51,965 nucleotides of DNA. Source: an uncultured Zetaproteobacteria bacterium (lineage in GTDB: Bacteria; Pseudomonadota; Zetaproteobacteria; Mariprofundales; Mariprofundaceae). Of the stretch, positions 8,222 to 16,556 are shown piece by piece. The position numbers were made by a program, and so were the translations under genes. The stretch spans positions 1 through 51,965 of the forward strand of contig CAYOUW010000003.1 in NCBI GenBank assembly GCA_964407235.1, read 5' to 3'. Position 1 is the first letter of the stretch; each line of letters begins with the position of its first letter. Under the pieces are notes generated by a model. It had not been told where the DNA came from, made no database searches, and was given only the letters and a program-made list of their open reading frames with translations.

Positions 8222-8271
8222 TCAGGATCAAGGACAGCCGGAAAATAAAGCTGGAGGTTTCGACGACTGAA

Positions 8272-8287
8272 TAAGTAGTTCTACTTA
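8272..8287. promoter_or_regulatory. Perfect 7-2-7 palindrome TAAGTAG-TT-CTACTTA upstream of the cytochrome/molybdoenzyme operon (candidate response-regulator operator)
   Basis: Read directly from the sequence, ~82 bp upstream of the cytochrome c ATG. Contains NarL-heptamer-like TACTTAT / TACTTAC half sites on opposite strands. Confidence 0.35.
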
Positions 8288-8368
8288 CGTGAGATTACAT
8301 ATGCCCGAAAGGGCGGGTCTCATGTCCGTTGGGGCAGGAAGATCAAAATTATCAAGGGAGGAAATATT

Positions 8369-9040
8369 ATGCCGAAAATCAGTACTGCTGTCTCTTCAGG
8401 CTTTGTCATATTGTTGGCGGCTATTTGGGCGCTACCCGCATTGGCCGGCTCATTGCATGGCATCGCCAAGAGAGGTGAGAAAGTTTTTAACGAAAATTGC
8501 GTCGCCTGCCATCAGGCGAAAGGCGTCGGAAAAGTGGCCGTCGCCCCCTCGCTAACCAATCCGCAATTGCTGAGTACCGCTTCAAACAAGTTTCTTTTTG
8601 AAACGATCAGCAAGGGACGCAGATATACGAACATGCCGGCATGGGGCGATCAACTGGGGAAGAAGAAAATCAAGGCTGTCATTGCTTATCTGCGATCATT
8701 CGCCAAAGGACCGAACCGTTCAGCCAAGGTAAACGCGGAGTTTCGATCCATGGGTAACCCCAAGCTGGGCGCGGTCCGGTTCCAGGCGGTTTGCGCCCAC
8801 TGTCATGGCATTTACGGGCAGGGTTATTCGGCAGGCGGATCCGGAACGGCCATCGGCGGGCCGGACTTTCTACGACTTGCTTCGGACGGCTTTATCCGGG
8901 AATCCCTCAAATATGGCCGGGACAATACCAAAATGCGCTCACTGCACGGCCCCGCAGGACTGGAAAATCTGACCTACCTGCAAGTGGATGATATTATCAA
9001 TTACATGCGAACCTTGCGTATCCCTAAAGATCTGCAATAA
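8369..9040 (+). CDS. Dihaem c-type cytochrome (class I / c4-like), exported
   Basis: Signal peptide (…ALPALAGS). Two CXXCH motifs (CVACH, CAHCH), each in a class-I-like domain. SD AAGGGAGGA. Confidence 0.85.
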   Translation: MPKISTAVSSGFVILLAAIWALPALAGSLHGIAKRGEKVFNENCVACHQAKGVGKVAVAPSLTNPQLLSTASNKFLFETISKGRRYTNMPAWGDQLGKKKIKAVIAYLRSFAKGPNRSAKVNAEFRSMGNPKLGAVRFQAVCAHCHGIYGQGYSAGGSGTAIGGPDFLRLASDGFIRESLKYGRDNTKMRSLHGPAGLENLTYLQVDDIINYMRTLRIPKDLQ

Positions 9041-9064
9041 CATAAAAGAGGAGGAAACTAGATT

Positions 9065-11779
9065 ATGAAAAGAATCAAGGTTAACCGGCGCAACTTTATC
9101 AAGGGCAGCGCCTTTATTGCCGCCACGGCCACGGCGACAGGCGCCGGACTGTTTTCAGCGGGCAATCCGGAGCTTGAAGCGGCACCCGCTCCCTCCGAGG
9201 AGAACAATGATGGACGCAAGGAATTTTTGTCCGCCTGCCCCTATTGCGGCGTAGGTTGTGGTACGCTCATTCAGGTGGAAAAGGGCAAGATTGTTTCCAT
9301 GCGTCCGGACCCCAAGCATCCGACCAACCGTGGTCTTCAGTGCATCAAGGGCCTGACCGCCGCCGAACCGCTCTATACGGACCGCCTGGAAGGGGACGCC
9401 TATGTGCGTAAGGACGTATGGAAGGAATGGAACAAGCCCGGCCATGGCAACCTGGAGTATACATCCAAGACCAAAGGATCGTTCGATGAGAAGCACTTTG
9501 TCCGCGTTCCGTACGAGAAGGCATCGCCAATGGTCGCTCACAAGATAGCGCATCTCCACAAGAAACACGGCGGAAATTCTATTGCGCTGTATGGTTCCGG
9601 TCAGTTGACCGTGGAAGGCCAGTGGCTGGAGAACCTGTTCATGAAGGGCATACTGGGTTCAAATACCATCGAGGCCAATGCCCGCATGTGCATGACCTCG
9701 GCGGTAACCGGCTATTTCAAGACCCTGGGCTCAGACACCCCGCCCCTGTGCTACGATGATCTCGAACTCACCGACATGGTGATGCATTTCGGTCACAATG
9801 CCCGTGAATCCCATCCGATCATCTTCTGGCGCATCGCCGACTACAAGAAGAAAACAGACATCCCCACCGTGGTCGTGGATCCGCGCTACACAGGCACCGC
9901 TCAGGGCTACAACGATATCAACCCGAAAAACAGCGTACACGTACCCATTCTGAACGGTGATATCAGCTTTCTCAACGCCATGGCTCATGTGCTGCTAAAG
10001 GAGCATCCCGATGTCATTGCATGGGATTATATGAAGGCGCATACCGACGGCTGGAAGGAGTATACCGAGGGCGTGCTGAAGGACTACAGCCCGGAGCAGG
10101 TGCAGAATCGCATGGGCAGTCCCGATGTGACGCCGGAGATGATCCGGAGGGTGTCCGGCATGTTTGCCGATGCCACGCGCAAGCGCCTGGCCCGCACCAG
10201 CGGGAAACGCAAAGGTCAGGGTGGCGTCGTCATCATGTGGGGTATTGGCTACAACCAGCATATTCACGGGCAGAACAATGTGATTTCGCTCATCAATCTG
10301 CTGAACCTTACCGGCAATATAGCCAAGAAGGGTTGTGGTCCGTTTTCCATGACCGGACAGCCCAACGCCATGGGCGAGCGTTTTACCGGCGGTTTGACGG
10401 GTCGGTTGCCTTTTAACGTCGGGCTTAAAAATACAAAACAGCGCGACAGAATGGCCAAGGTCTGGGGCGTGCCGGAGAAGAATCTGGTAAATGCCATGAA
10501 CTCGGTCAATTCCGGGATGGCCGTAGGCATGATGGAACGTGGGCTGAAGAACGACAAGACGAGGGTCAGGGCAATGTTCCTCGTTTATGCCACCCACATC
10601 GATCTTCCTGATTCGTATCATGTGTCCCGACCGGCAATGAACAGAATGTTTGTGATCGCGCAGGAAATCTACCGTCACGCGCCGAATAACCTTTATGCCG
10701 ATGTGATCTTTCCGGCGGCAACCTGGGGCGAGGCGCAGGGCACGTATATCCAGTCCGAGCGCCGGTTCTATGTTACGGACAAGGCGGCCCAGGGACCGAA
10801 GGGTAGCCATGCGGACATGGATATGGTGATCGACAAGGGTAAGGAGATCGGGAAACTGATCGGGATTCCGAATGTGGACAAAATCTTCCACTGGAAGAAG
10901 CTGCCTGACGGTTCCTACGATGCCGAAGAGGTCTTCCGCGATTTGGTCGTAGCATCCGCGGGTACGGATACTGATCTGACCGGCATGCTGGAAGTGGAGA
11001 AGAGAGATGGCATCGGCCTTTATGACCAGATTCGCGAACTGCGTGGCATTCAGTGGCCGGCGCCTACCTATGCCATTGCCAGGGCCGGCGGTGCCAAACG
11101 GCGGTATATGGATCAGATAAAAGGCTGGAAGGACAAGCCTTATGGTGATTTTCGCACCAAGGATGGCAAAGCTCATTTTGTACTGTGCCAACAGGACTAC
11201 AGCAAGCGGAAAGAGGTTACCGACAGGCTGATGCAATTCGGGGTCAAGAAAGGGTTTTATACCATTGATCACCGGGATCTTCTCATTGAGGCCAGAAATA
11301 TGGCATTAACCCCGGATCTCCCTGATATGGAGTTTCGCGGGATTCACTGGGCGGATATTCCAAAGAACAAGTATCCGTTCTGGATGGCCTTTGGCGTGGT
11401 TTATGAGCATTTTCATACCGCGAAGTGTAACCGTTCCCCGACGCTGCGGCGGCTGGTGCCGGAGATGTATGTGGAAATGCATGAGGATGACGCCAATGAA
11501 CTCGGTATCAAGGATGGGGATTTGGTGCGTCTGACTACCCGGCGCGGTCATATTGAGAATGTACGCGCTCAGGTAGGCGGTACCAACAGTCTGATCGCGC
11601 CGGCGCGCAACTTCGTCCCGCGCGGGTTCTTTTTCTCACCGTGGAACCTGTCGGTGGTGGATAGCGCCGATCCGAGATTTAACCATTGGCTGGTAAACGG
11701 TACGACCAACCGGGCCTACGATCCCGTATCAGGTCAGGTGGACTTCAAGAAAAGTGCTTGCCGGATCGAAAAGATCTGA
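9065..11779 (+). CDS. Tat-exported molybdopterin (bis-MGD) oxidoreductase catalytic subunit, NasA/NarB/NapA superfamily, 904 aa
   Basis: Twin-arginine leader VNRRNFIKGSAFIAATATA. N-terminal [4Fe-4S] motif CPYCGVGCG...LQCIKG. Likely Mo-ligand region ANARMCMTSAVTGY. Also TGQPNAMGERF, ADVIFPAATWGEAQGTYIQSERR, and a C-terminal MGD-binding beta-barrel (VEMHEDDANELGIKDGDLVRL). Confidence 0.9.
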   Translation: MKRIKVNRRNFIKGSAFIAATATATGAGLFSAGNPELEAAPAPSEENNDGRKEFLSACPYCGVGCGTLIQVEKGKIVSMRPDPKHPTNRGLQCIKGLTAAEPLYTDRLEGDAYVRKDVWKEWNKPGHGNLEYTSKTKGSFDEKHFVRVPYEKASPMVAHKIAHLHKKHGGNSIALYGSGQLTVEGQWLENLFMKGILGSNTIEANARMCMTSAVTGYFKTLGSDTPPLCYDDLELTDMVMHFGHNARESHPIIFWRIADYKKKTDIPTVVVDPRYTGTAQGYNDINPKNSVHVPILNGDISFLNAMAHVLLKEHPDVIAWDYMKAHTDGWKEYTEGVLKDYSPEQVQNRMGSPDVTPEMIRRVSGMFADATRKRLARTSGKRKGQGGVVIMWGIGYNQHIHGQNNVISLINLLNLTGNIAKKGCGPFSMTGQPNAMGERFTGGLTGRLPFNVGLKNTKQRDRMAKVWGVPEKNLVNAMNSVNSGMAVGMMERGLKNDKTRVRAMFLVYATHIDLPDSYHVSRPAMNRMFVIAQEIYRHAPNNLYADVIFPAATWGEAQGTYIQSERRFYVTDKAAQGPKGSHADMDMVIDKGKEIGKLIGIPNVDKIFHWKKLPDGSYDAEEVFRDLVVASAGTDTDLTGMLEVEKRDGIGLYDQIRELRGIQWPAPTYAIARAGGAKRRYMDQIKGWKDKPYGDFRTKDGKAHFVLCQQDYSKRKEVTDRLMQFGVKKGFYTIDHRDLLIEARNMALTPDLPDMEFRGIHWADIPKNKYPFWMAFGVVYEHFHTAKCNRSPTLRRLVPEMYVEMHEDDANELGIKDGDLVRLTTRRGHIENVRAQVGGTNSLIAPARNFVPRGFFFSPWNLSVVDSADPRFNHWLVNGTTNRAYDPVSGQVDFKKSACRIEKI

Positions 11780-11805
11780 CGATGGGCGTTCCCGTACGAA
11801 AGGAA

Positions 11806-11838
11806 AACAGGGTCGGAGCGTCATGCTCCGGCCCTGTT
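11806..11838 (+). other. Strong intercistronic stem-loop (14 bp stem, 5 nt loop)
   Basis: AACAGGGTCGGAGC-gtcat-GCTCCGGCCCTGTT (one G-U pair). Lies in the only sizeable gap (71 nt) of the operon and has no U-tract. Confidence 0.5.
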
Positions 11839-11850
11839 GGCCGTTGGCCA

Positions 11851-12444
11851 ATGAACCGCAGGCGCTTCCTGTACACGCTGCTGGGAGGTGCGGCGACCGT
11901 ACTGGTATCACTTACGCCCATACCCGGCGCTGCATGGGCGGCGCGCAGGATTGCAACTTATCGCATGCGTTTCCTCCGCCCGCCAGGGGCGCTCGCGGAG
12001 GATGAGTTTTTGAGCCGTTGTATCCGTTGTGGGCAATGTTCGGAGGTTTGTCCGAACGATTGCATCAAATATTTCGATTTTGAAAATGGCGTTGCCTCCA
12101 TGGGTACGCCCTATATCATTCCGCGTGAGCAGGGTTGTATCCTGTGCATGAAGTGCGGGGATGCCTGTCCGACCGGTGCCCTGAAGCCGATCAAGCATAC
12201 GCGGAAAGAGATACTTGAAAACGTACGGATGGGACATGCGCATGTTGATGAAAGCCTGTGCCTGTCCTTTCAGGGTAAAACCTGCGGCGTATGCGCCCGC
12301 GCATGCCCGCTTGGGAACGTTGCCATACGGGTCGGTTATCTTGAACAACCTCATGTTCAGCCAGGCTGCATTGGCTGCGGACTTTGTGAGCGGTCCTGCA
12401 TTCAGATGCCGCAGGCCATCCGGATTAGACCTAATTATAGCTAG
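11851..12444 (+). CDS. NapG/MauM-like periplasmic ferredoxin (4 x [4Fe-4S]) with Tat leader
   Basis: MNRRRFLYTLLGGAATVLV leader. Four cluster motifs: CIRCGQCSEVCP, CILCMKCGDACP, CLSFQGKTCGVCARACP, CIGCGLCERSCI. Alternative upstream ATG at 11782. Confidence 0.8.
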   Translation: MNRRRFLYTLLGGAATVLVSLTPIPGAAWAARRIATYRMRFLRPPGALAEDEFLSRCIRCGQCSEVCPNDCIKYFDFENGVASMGTPYIIPREQGCILCMKCGDACPTGALKPIKHTRKEILENVRMGHAHVDESLCLSFQGKTCGVCARACPLGNVAIRVGYLEQPHVQPGCIGCGLCERSCIQMPQAIRIRPNYS

Positions 12445-12480
12445 TGTTCCATCCCGTAAATTGGTTAGGATAAGCAACCA

Positions 12481-13497
12481 ATGAATGAATTCCGCGCAGC
12501 ACGGATCGAATACAGTAATTATTATCGGATGATGTCCGATGATGTCCGTATGCAGGCGTTCCATATCGCGATCAAACGCATGATCAAACCCGGAGACATT
12601 GTGATGGACCTTGGCGCGGGTACCGGGATTCTGGGTATCTGGGCGCTACAGGCAGGCGCAGCAAAAGTTTATGCCATTGAGCAGACCGGAGCCATTGATT
12701 TGGCTCGCGAGATCGCTTGCGTCAACGGGTACGCGGACCGGATTGAGTTCATTCAGGATAATTCCATGAACGTATCTCTTCCGCGGCGAGCCGATGCCAT
12801 TATCTCGGAAACGCTCGGCAGCTTTGCGGTAGATGAGAATATGATCCCGTATATAACGGATGCCAGAGAACGGATGCTTGCGGACGGAGGCGTGCTCATC
12901 CCCGACGCCATCGAGCTATTTGTCGCCCCGGTCGAGAGCAAGGATATTTATGAAAAAATCGATTTCTGGCGTAAGTTTCCAGATATTAATTTCTCGTCGG
13001 CATTTGAACTTTTTTCGCGTAAAATGATGGTTGAATCCATCCTGTCCGGTCAGCTTCTGGCTGAACCGCTAAGGCTTCAATCTGTCAATCTGAATACGTG
13101 GAAGGAAGATTCCTATGCGGCTCGCGGCTATTTCCCAATCCGGCGGACGGGTATCATTCATGGCGTGGCTGGCTGGTTTACCGCGATATTATGTGATGGC
13201 GTGCGAATTGATACGGCACCGGATCAACCGGAAACACATTGGAAACAGGCCTTTTTTCCGTTTCACGATCCCATCCGGGTTGTGCAGGGGGATGTGCTGG
13301 ACTGGTCGGTTGAGGTAACCGGAGCGTCGTCCGGCAGCGATCATACGCATATTTCCTATCAATATCGCTGTACCCAGATACACGAAGAGATGCGAGAAAA
13401 AAGGATCGGCAGAAATGAACCCTGCCCCTGCGGAAGCGGGGTAAAGTTCAAAAAATGTTGTGGGCGTATGGGTGATGATTCATGCAACAATACTTGA
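12481..13497 (+). CDS. Protein arginine N-methyltransferase (PRMT)-like class I SAM methyltransferase with C-terminal SEC-C zinc motif
   Basis: Motif I IVMDLGAGTGILG; post-I KVYAIE. Double-E loop IISETLGSFAVDENM has the same E-x8-E spacing as PRMT1. THW loop PETHWKQAFFPF. C-terminus NEPCPCGSGVKFKKCCG is a SEC-C motif. Confidence 0.8.
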   Translation: MNEFRAARIEYSNYYRMMSDDVRMQAFHIAIKRMIKPGDIVMDLGAGTGILGIWALQAGAAKVYAIEQTGAIDLAREIACVNGYADRIEFIQDNSMNVSLPRRADAIISETLGSFAVDENMIPYITDARERMLADGGVLIPDAIELFVAPVESKDIYEKIDFWRKFPDINFSSAFELFSRKMMVESILSGQLLAEPLRLQSVNLNTWKEDSYAARGYFPIRRTGIIHGVAGWFTAILCDGVRIDTAPDQPETHWKQAFFPFHDPIRVVQGDVLDWSVEVTGASSGSDHTHISYQYRCTQIHEEMREKRIGRNEPCPCGSGVKFKKCCGRMGDDSCNNT

Positions 13498-14462
13498 ATA
13501 AACTGCGCTGGGTGAGCCTGTGGACGGTATTCGCCATGCTCATTATCCTGCCGCTCGTCAGCGTTTATCAGGTTTATGTTGCGACCCATGGCTATCGTCT
13601 GTTGCCGCTCTCGAGCAAACGATTTTATGATGTGATGCAGTTTTTTACCTCACCGTTTACCAATGATCCGGCAAACAGTCTGGATGCAATTAAAGGTACG
13701 ACATGGTCCGGCAGTTTTTTCGGTTTGAAAATCAGCGATCCGTTGGCTGTTGTCGGACAGATGGCCGCTGCTTTAGATTTTCACTGGGTGTTTCTGGTCA
13801 CGGCTCTAATTCCCATTGCCTTTACCATCGTTTTCGGGCGTTTTTTCTGTGGCTGGATATGCCCCGCGACACTGCTCTATGAACTGAATTCGAACGTAGC
13901 CATCTGGCTGCACAAGGCTGGTCTGCCTGCCGGAAATCTTCACTTTGACCGGCGTCTGAAATACGGGGTGTTGGCACTGGGGCTCGTACTGTCCACGATA
14001 ACCGGTTCCGTGCTGGTGGCAAATATCTATCCTCCCGCCATCATTGGTCGGGAACTTTATTATGTCATCGCTCTTGGCGGATTTGGCATGGGCACGATTT
14101 TTTTCCTGCTTACGCTGCTGTTCGATATTCTGGTAGCGCGTCGTGGCTTTTGCCGTTACCTGTGTCCGGGTGGCGCGCTTTATTCGCTGCTGGGCCGCTA
14201 CCGCCTTTTCCGTATCAAACGGGCGGTGGAGACTTGCAACGACTGTTCCAAATGCAACGCGGTTTGTGAATTCGCTTTGGATCCGATGCGCGATGATTTT
14301 GGTCAGGAGTGCAACAATTGCAGCGCCTGTATCGCAGTGTGCCCGACTCAGGCGCTCACCTTCACCGCAAGCATCAGGGATATCCCCTGTCAGGGTCCGG
14401 GACATCTTGGGCGTGAATTTCTTGAATCCGGCCGGAAGGCTCCGGCCGGGAAGGTTGTCTGA
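13482..14462 (+). CDS. NapH/MauN-like polytopic membrane Fe-S protein
   Basis: TM helices carrying FFCGWICP and FCRYLCPGG motifs. C-terminal ferredoxin motifs CNDCSKCNAVCE and CNNCSACIAVCPT. Start overlaps the methyltransferase 3' end. Confidence 0.8.
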   Translation: MQQYLNKLRWVSLWTVFAMLIILPLVSVYQVYVATHGYRLLPLSSKRFYDVMQFFTSPFTNDPANSLDAIKGTTWSGSFFGLKISDPLAVVGQMAAALDFHWVFLVTALIPIAFTIVFGRFFCGWICPATLLYELNSNVAIWLHKAGLPAGNLHFDRRLKYGVLALGLVLSTITGSVLVANIYPPAIIGRELYYVIALGGFGMGTIFFLLTLLFDILVARRGFCRYLCPGGALYSLLGRYRLFRIKRAVETCNDCSKCNAVCEFALDPMRDDFGQECNNCSACIAVCPTQALTFTASIRDIPCQGPGHLGREFLESGRKAPAGKVV

Positions 14463-15043
14463 TGCCAAAATTAATTTTATCACTGTTACTGTTATGTACG
14501 GCATGGGGGGCGCCGGCGTACGCCCACCATGTGATTGGCAGGCCTGCCTACAGCCTGAACGAAGACTCAAACACCCCGCCCAGCATGCAAGTCGAAACCC
14601 AGACGGGCGACTATTTTATTACTTATATGGTTTTCCCCGCCTTTCCCCGGCCCAATGAGCCGGGCCGGATCAATCTGTACGCGAAACGTCTTGACAATGA
14701 TAAGCCGTTTCAGGGCGAGGTCAGCTTTACGGTACGTGATGACAGTTGGTTCAGCAAGCATGAAGAACGTATCGGCGTGCAAAAACCATATGATAATGTC
14801 TTCCGTCAGGAATTCATGTTTCGTAAACCGGGGAACTATATCATCACGGCGAAGTTCGAGGATCACGGGGTACCTTACATCATTGATTTTCCTTTGCGCA
14901 TCGGCGCACCATCAAGAATCGGCGTTATAGGAGCGCTTGTAGGCGCCATGGTCGCCGTGTTGATTGCAGTCAATGTGTACCGGCGCAGGCGATTGCTTAA
15001 GGAAAAAGTCCGTGACGCCGCCCATGACAGGAAAAAGTCTTGA
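14462..15043 (+). CDS. Exported FixH/YtkA-like Ig-fold protein with C-terminal membrane anchor; predicted mature N-terminus His-His
   Basis: Signal peptide MPKLILSLLLLCTAWGAPAYA followed by HHVIGRP. The pattern PRPNEPGRINLYAKRLDNDKPFQGEVSFTV is typical of YtkA/FixH domains. C-terminal TM IGVIGALVGAMVAVLIAVNVY followed by RRRR. ATG overlaps the upstream stop (TGATG). Confidence 0.6.
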   Translation: MPKLILSLLLLCTAWGAPAYAHHVIGRPAYSLNEDSNTPPSMQVETQTGDYFITYMVFPAFPRPNEPGRINLYAKRLDNDKPFQGEVSFTVRDDSWFSKHEERIGVQKPYDNVFRQEFMFRKPGNYIITAKFEDHGVPYIIDFPLRIGAPSRIGVIGALVGAMVAVLIAVNVYRRRRLLKEKVRDAAHDRKKS

Positions 15044-16551
15044 CCATGATGCACCCGGGCCTGCCCCCGGGCTGGGCTTTGACAGCCTGGGTCAGCGTCA
15101 TGGTTCTTACCGTTTGGGCGCTGTTCGCGCCGCGTAGAATCCCCATATCGCGAAACTCGGGACGGTCACGGATCGGCCACCGCCTGGCGGCAATCCATAC
15201 CGCTTCAAGCTGGCCGCAGTTGGTGCTGAAACTGGTGATGGCGGGTTTTTTCCTGCTCGTCATCATCGCCGGCATGTTTGGCACGCCGATTCCCGCACGT
15301 AATTTTGCCACGGAACTGACCTGGAATATATGGTGGTCCGGCCTGATTGTTTCCGTGTTTTTTCTGGGTTCCGCATGGTGTGCGGTCTGTCCGTGGAATG
15401 CCCTGGCAACATGGCTGACGCGATGGAATCTTGTGGGCCGCCCCAATCCCGCTGGCAGTCTCAATCTGCGCGTCCCCGGAGTCTTGCGTAGCGTATGGCC
15501 GGCATTGCTGATGTTTATCGGCCTGACATGGCTGGAGCTCGGTTTTGGCATTACCACCCGGCCCTATGGGACCGCTCTACTGGCGCTTCTTATGCTCGTG
15601 CTGGCCACGATATCGTCAGCTCTGTTTGAACGTAAGGCTTTTTGCCGTTTTTTTTGTCCCGTGGGCCGGACCATCGGTTTCTACGCACAACTGGCGCCCG
15701 TGGAACTCCGTCATGTTGATGCTGAAATTTGCAATCGCTGCACCACGCTGGAGTGCTACAACGGTACGGAAAAGGTTGAGCCTTGCCCCACGAATCTGGT
15801 CATGAAGAACCTGCGGGAAAACACCTATTGCACTTCCTGTGGTAACTGTATCCGGAGTTGTCCCGATCACAACGTCGCATGGAACCTGCGGCCGATGAGC
15901 CGGGAAGCGCTTCAGGATGCGAGGCCTCGCCCGGATGAAGCCTGGTTTATGCTTGGATTACTGGCGCTGACAGGCCTGCATGGACTGACGATGATGCCCT
16001 TCTGGGAGCGCTGGATTAGAGAATTGGCGCGTCTGATCGGGGATTCCGGGCAACTGCTATGGAGTTTTACGGCGGGGTTGCTGACAAGCATGCTGCTGGT
16101 TGTTCTTGTCTACGGTCTTCTGGTCGCGCTGACCCGTTTCTGCAACGGAGGCGAGGCGTCCTTCAAACGTCTGTTTTTCGGCATGTCGTTTATCGCCCTG
16201 CCGCTCGCCTTCGCCTACCATCTGGCGCACAATCTCAATCACCTGTTGCGCGAAGGCCGTGGTCTCGGCGCGCTATTTATGAATCCATTGGGTCTGGGTG
16301 CTCAACCGCTCAGTATGGCGGAAAAACAGACACGCGCCATGTCGGCAATAATCCCGCAGAATGCATTGTTTGCATTACAGACCGCACTCATCATCTTCGG
16401 CTTCTGGATCGCCATGCAGGTGCTGCGGCATCGGGGAGAAGCGTTAATACCGAACTCGGGCTGGAGACTTTTTCCGATGTGTCTTTTCGCCCTGATCATG
16501 ACGGCATCTCATTTGTGGCTGCTGACACAGCCCATGATGATGAGATTTTAA
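15040..16551 (+). CDS. Large polytopic 4Fe-4S-binding membrane protein (CcoG/NosR/NapH-like), 503 aa
   Basis: Membrane-embedded WCAVCPW and FCRFFCPVG motifs. Central ferredoxin-like cysteines CNRCTTLEC...CPTN and CTSCGNCIRSCP. At least 8 hydrophobic helices. TTG 15040 or ATG 15046 start overlapping the upstream stop. Confidence 0.75.
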   Translation: MTMMHPGLPPGWALTAWVSVMVLTVWALFAPRRIPISRNSGRSRIGHRLAAIHTASSWPQLVLKLVMAGFFLLVIIAGMFGTPIPARNFATELTWNIWWSGLIVSVFFLGSAWCAVCPWNALATWLTRWNLVGRPNPAGSLNLRVPGVLRSVWPALLMFIGLTWLELGFGITTRPYGTALLALLMLVLATISSALFERKAFCRFFCPVGRTIGFYAQLAPVELRHVDAEICNRCTTLECYNGTEKVEPCPTNLVMKNLRENTYCTSCGNCIRSCPDHNVAWNLRPMSREALQDARPRPDEAWFMLGLLALTGLHGLTMMPFWERWIRELARLIGDSGQLLWSFTAGLLTSMLLVVLVYGLLVALTRFCNGGEASFKRLFFGMSFIALPLAFAYHLAHNLNHLLREGRGLGALFMNPLGLGAQPLSMAEKQTRAMSAIIPQNALFALQTALIIFGFWIAMQVLRHRGEALIPNSGWRLFPMCLFALIMTASHLWLLTQPMMMRF

Positions 16552-16556
16552 CCGAT

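Noticed and set aside
8369-9040. Calling the dihaem cytochrome NapB and the 904-aa enzyme NapA (a standard nap operon).
   Set aside because: The cytochrome is 223 aa with two class-I-like domains, not the small NapB type. The catalytic-subunit signatures resemble NasA/NarB more than NapA. napD and napC are absent and extra genes are present, so a plain 'nap' label is not supported by the sequence alone.
9995-11272. Long antisense ORFs opposite real genes. Examples: 425 aa at 9995-11272, 353 aa at 47646-48707, 254 aa at 13806-14570, 270 aa at 40088-40900, 242 aa at 2845-3573, and 220-240 aa ORFs opposite clpX, gldG, asmA and lysS.
   Set aside because: Each lies entirely within a well-supported gene on the other strand. 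Their translations are low-complexity and rich in Arg, Pro, His and Gly, with no recognisable motifs. They are typical mirror ORFs of GC-biased coding DNA.
16059-16556. 367-aa ORF 16059-17162 suggesting a much longer NapF-like protein.
   Set aside because: The first 166 codons overlap the 503-aa membrane protein gene in another frame and are Arg/Ser/Ala-rich nonsense. The homologous ferredoxin begins at ATG 16557 with the NapF-typical MDRRDFFRRG.
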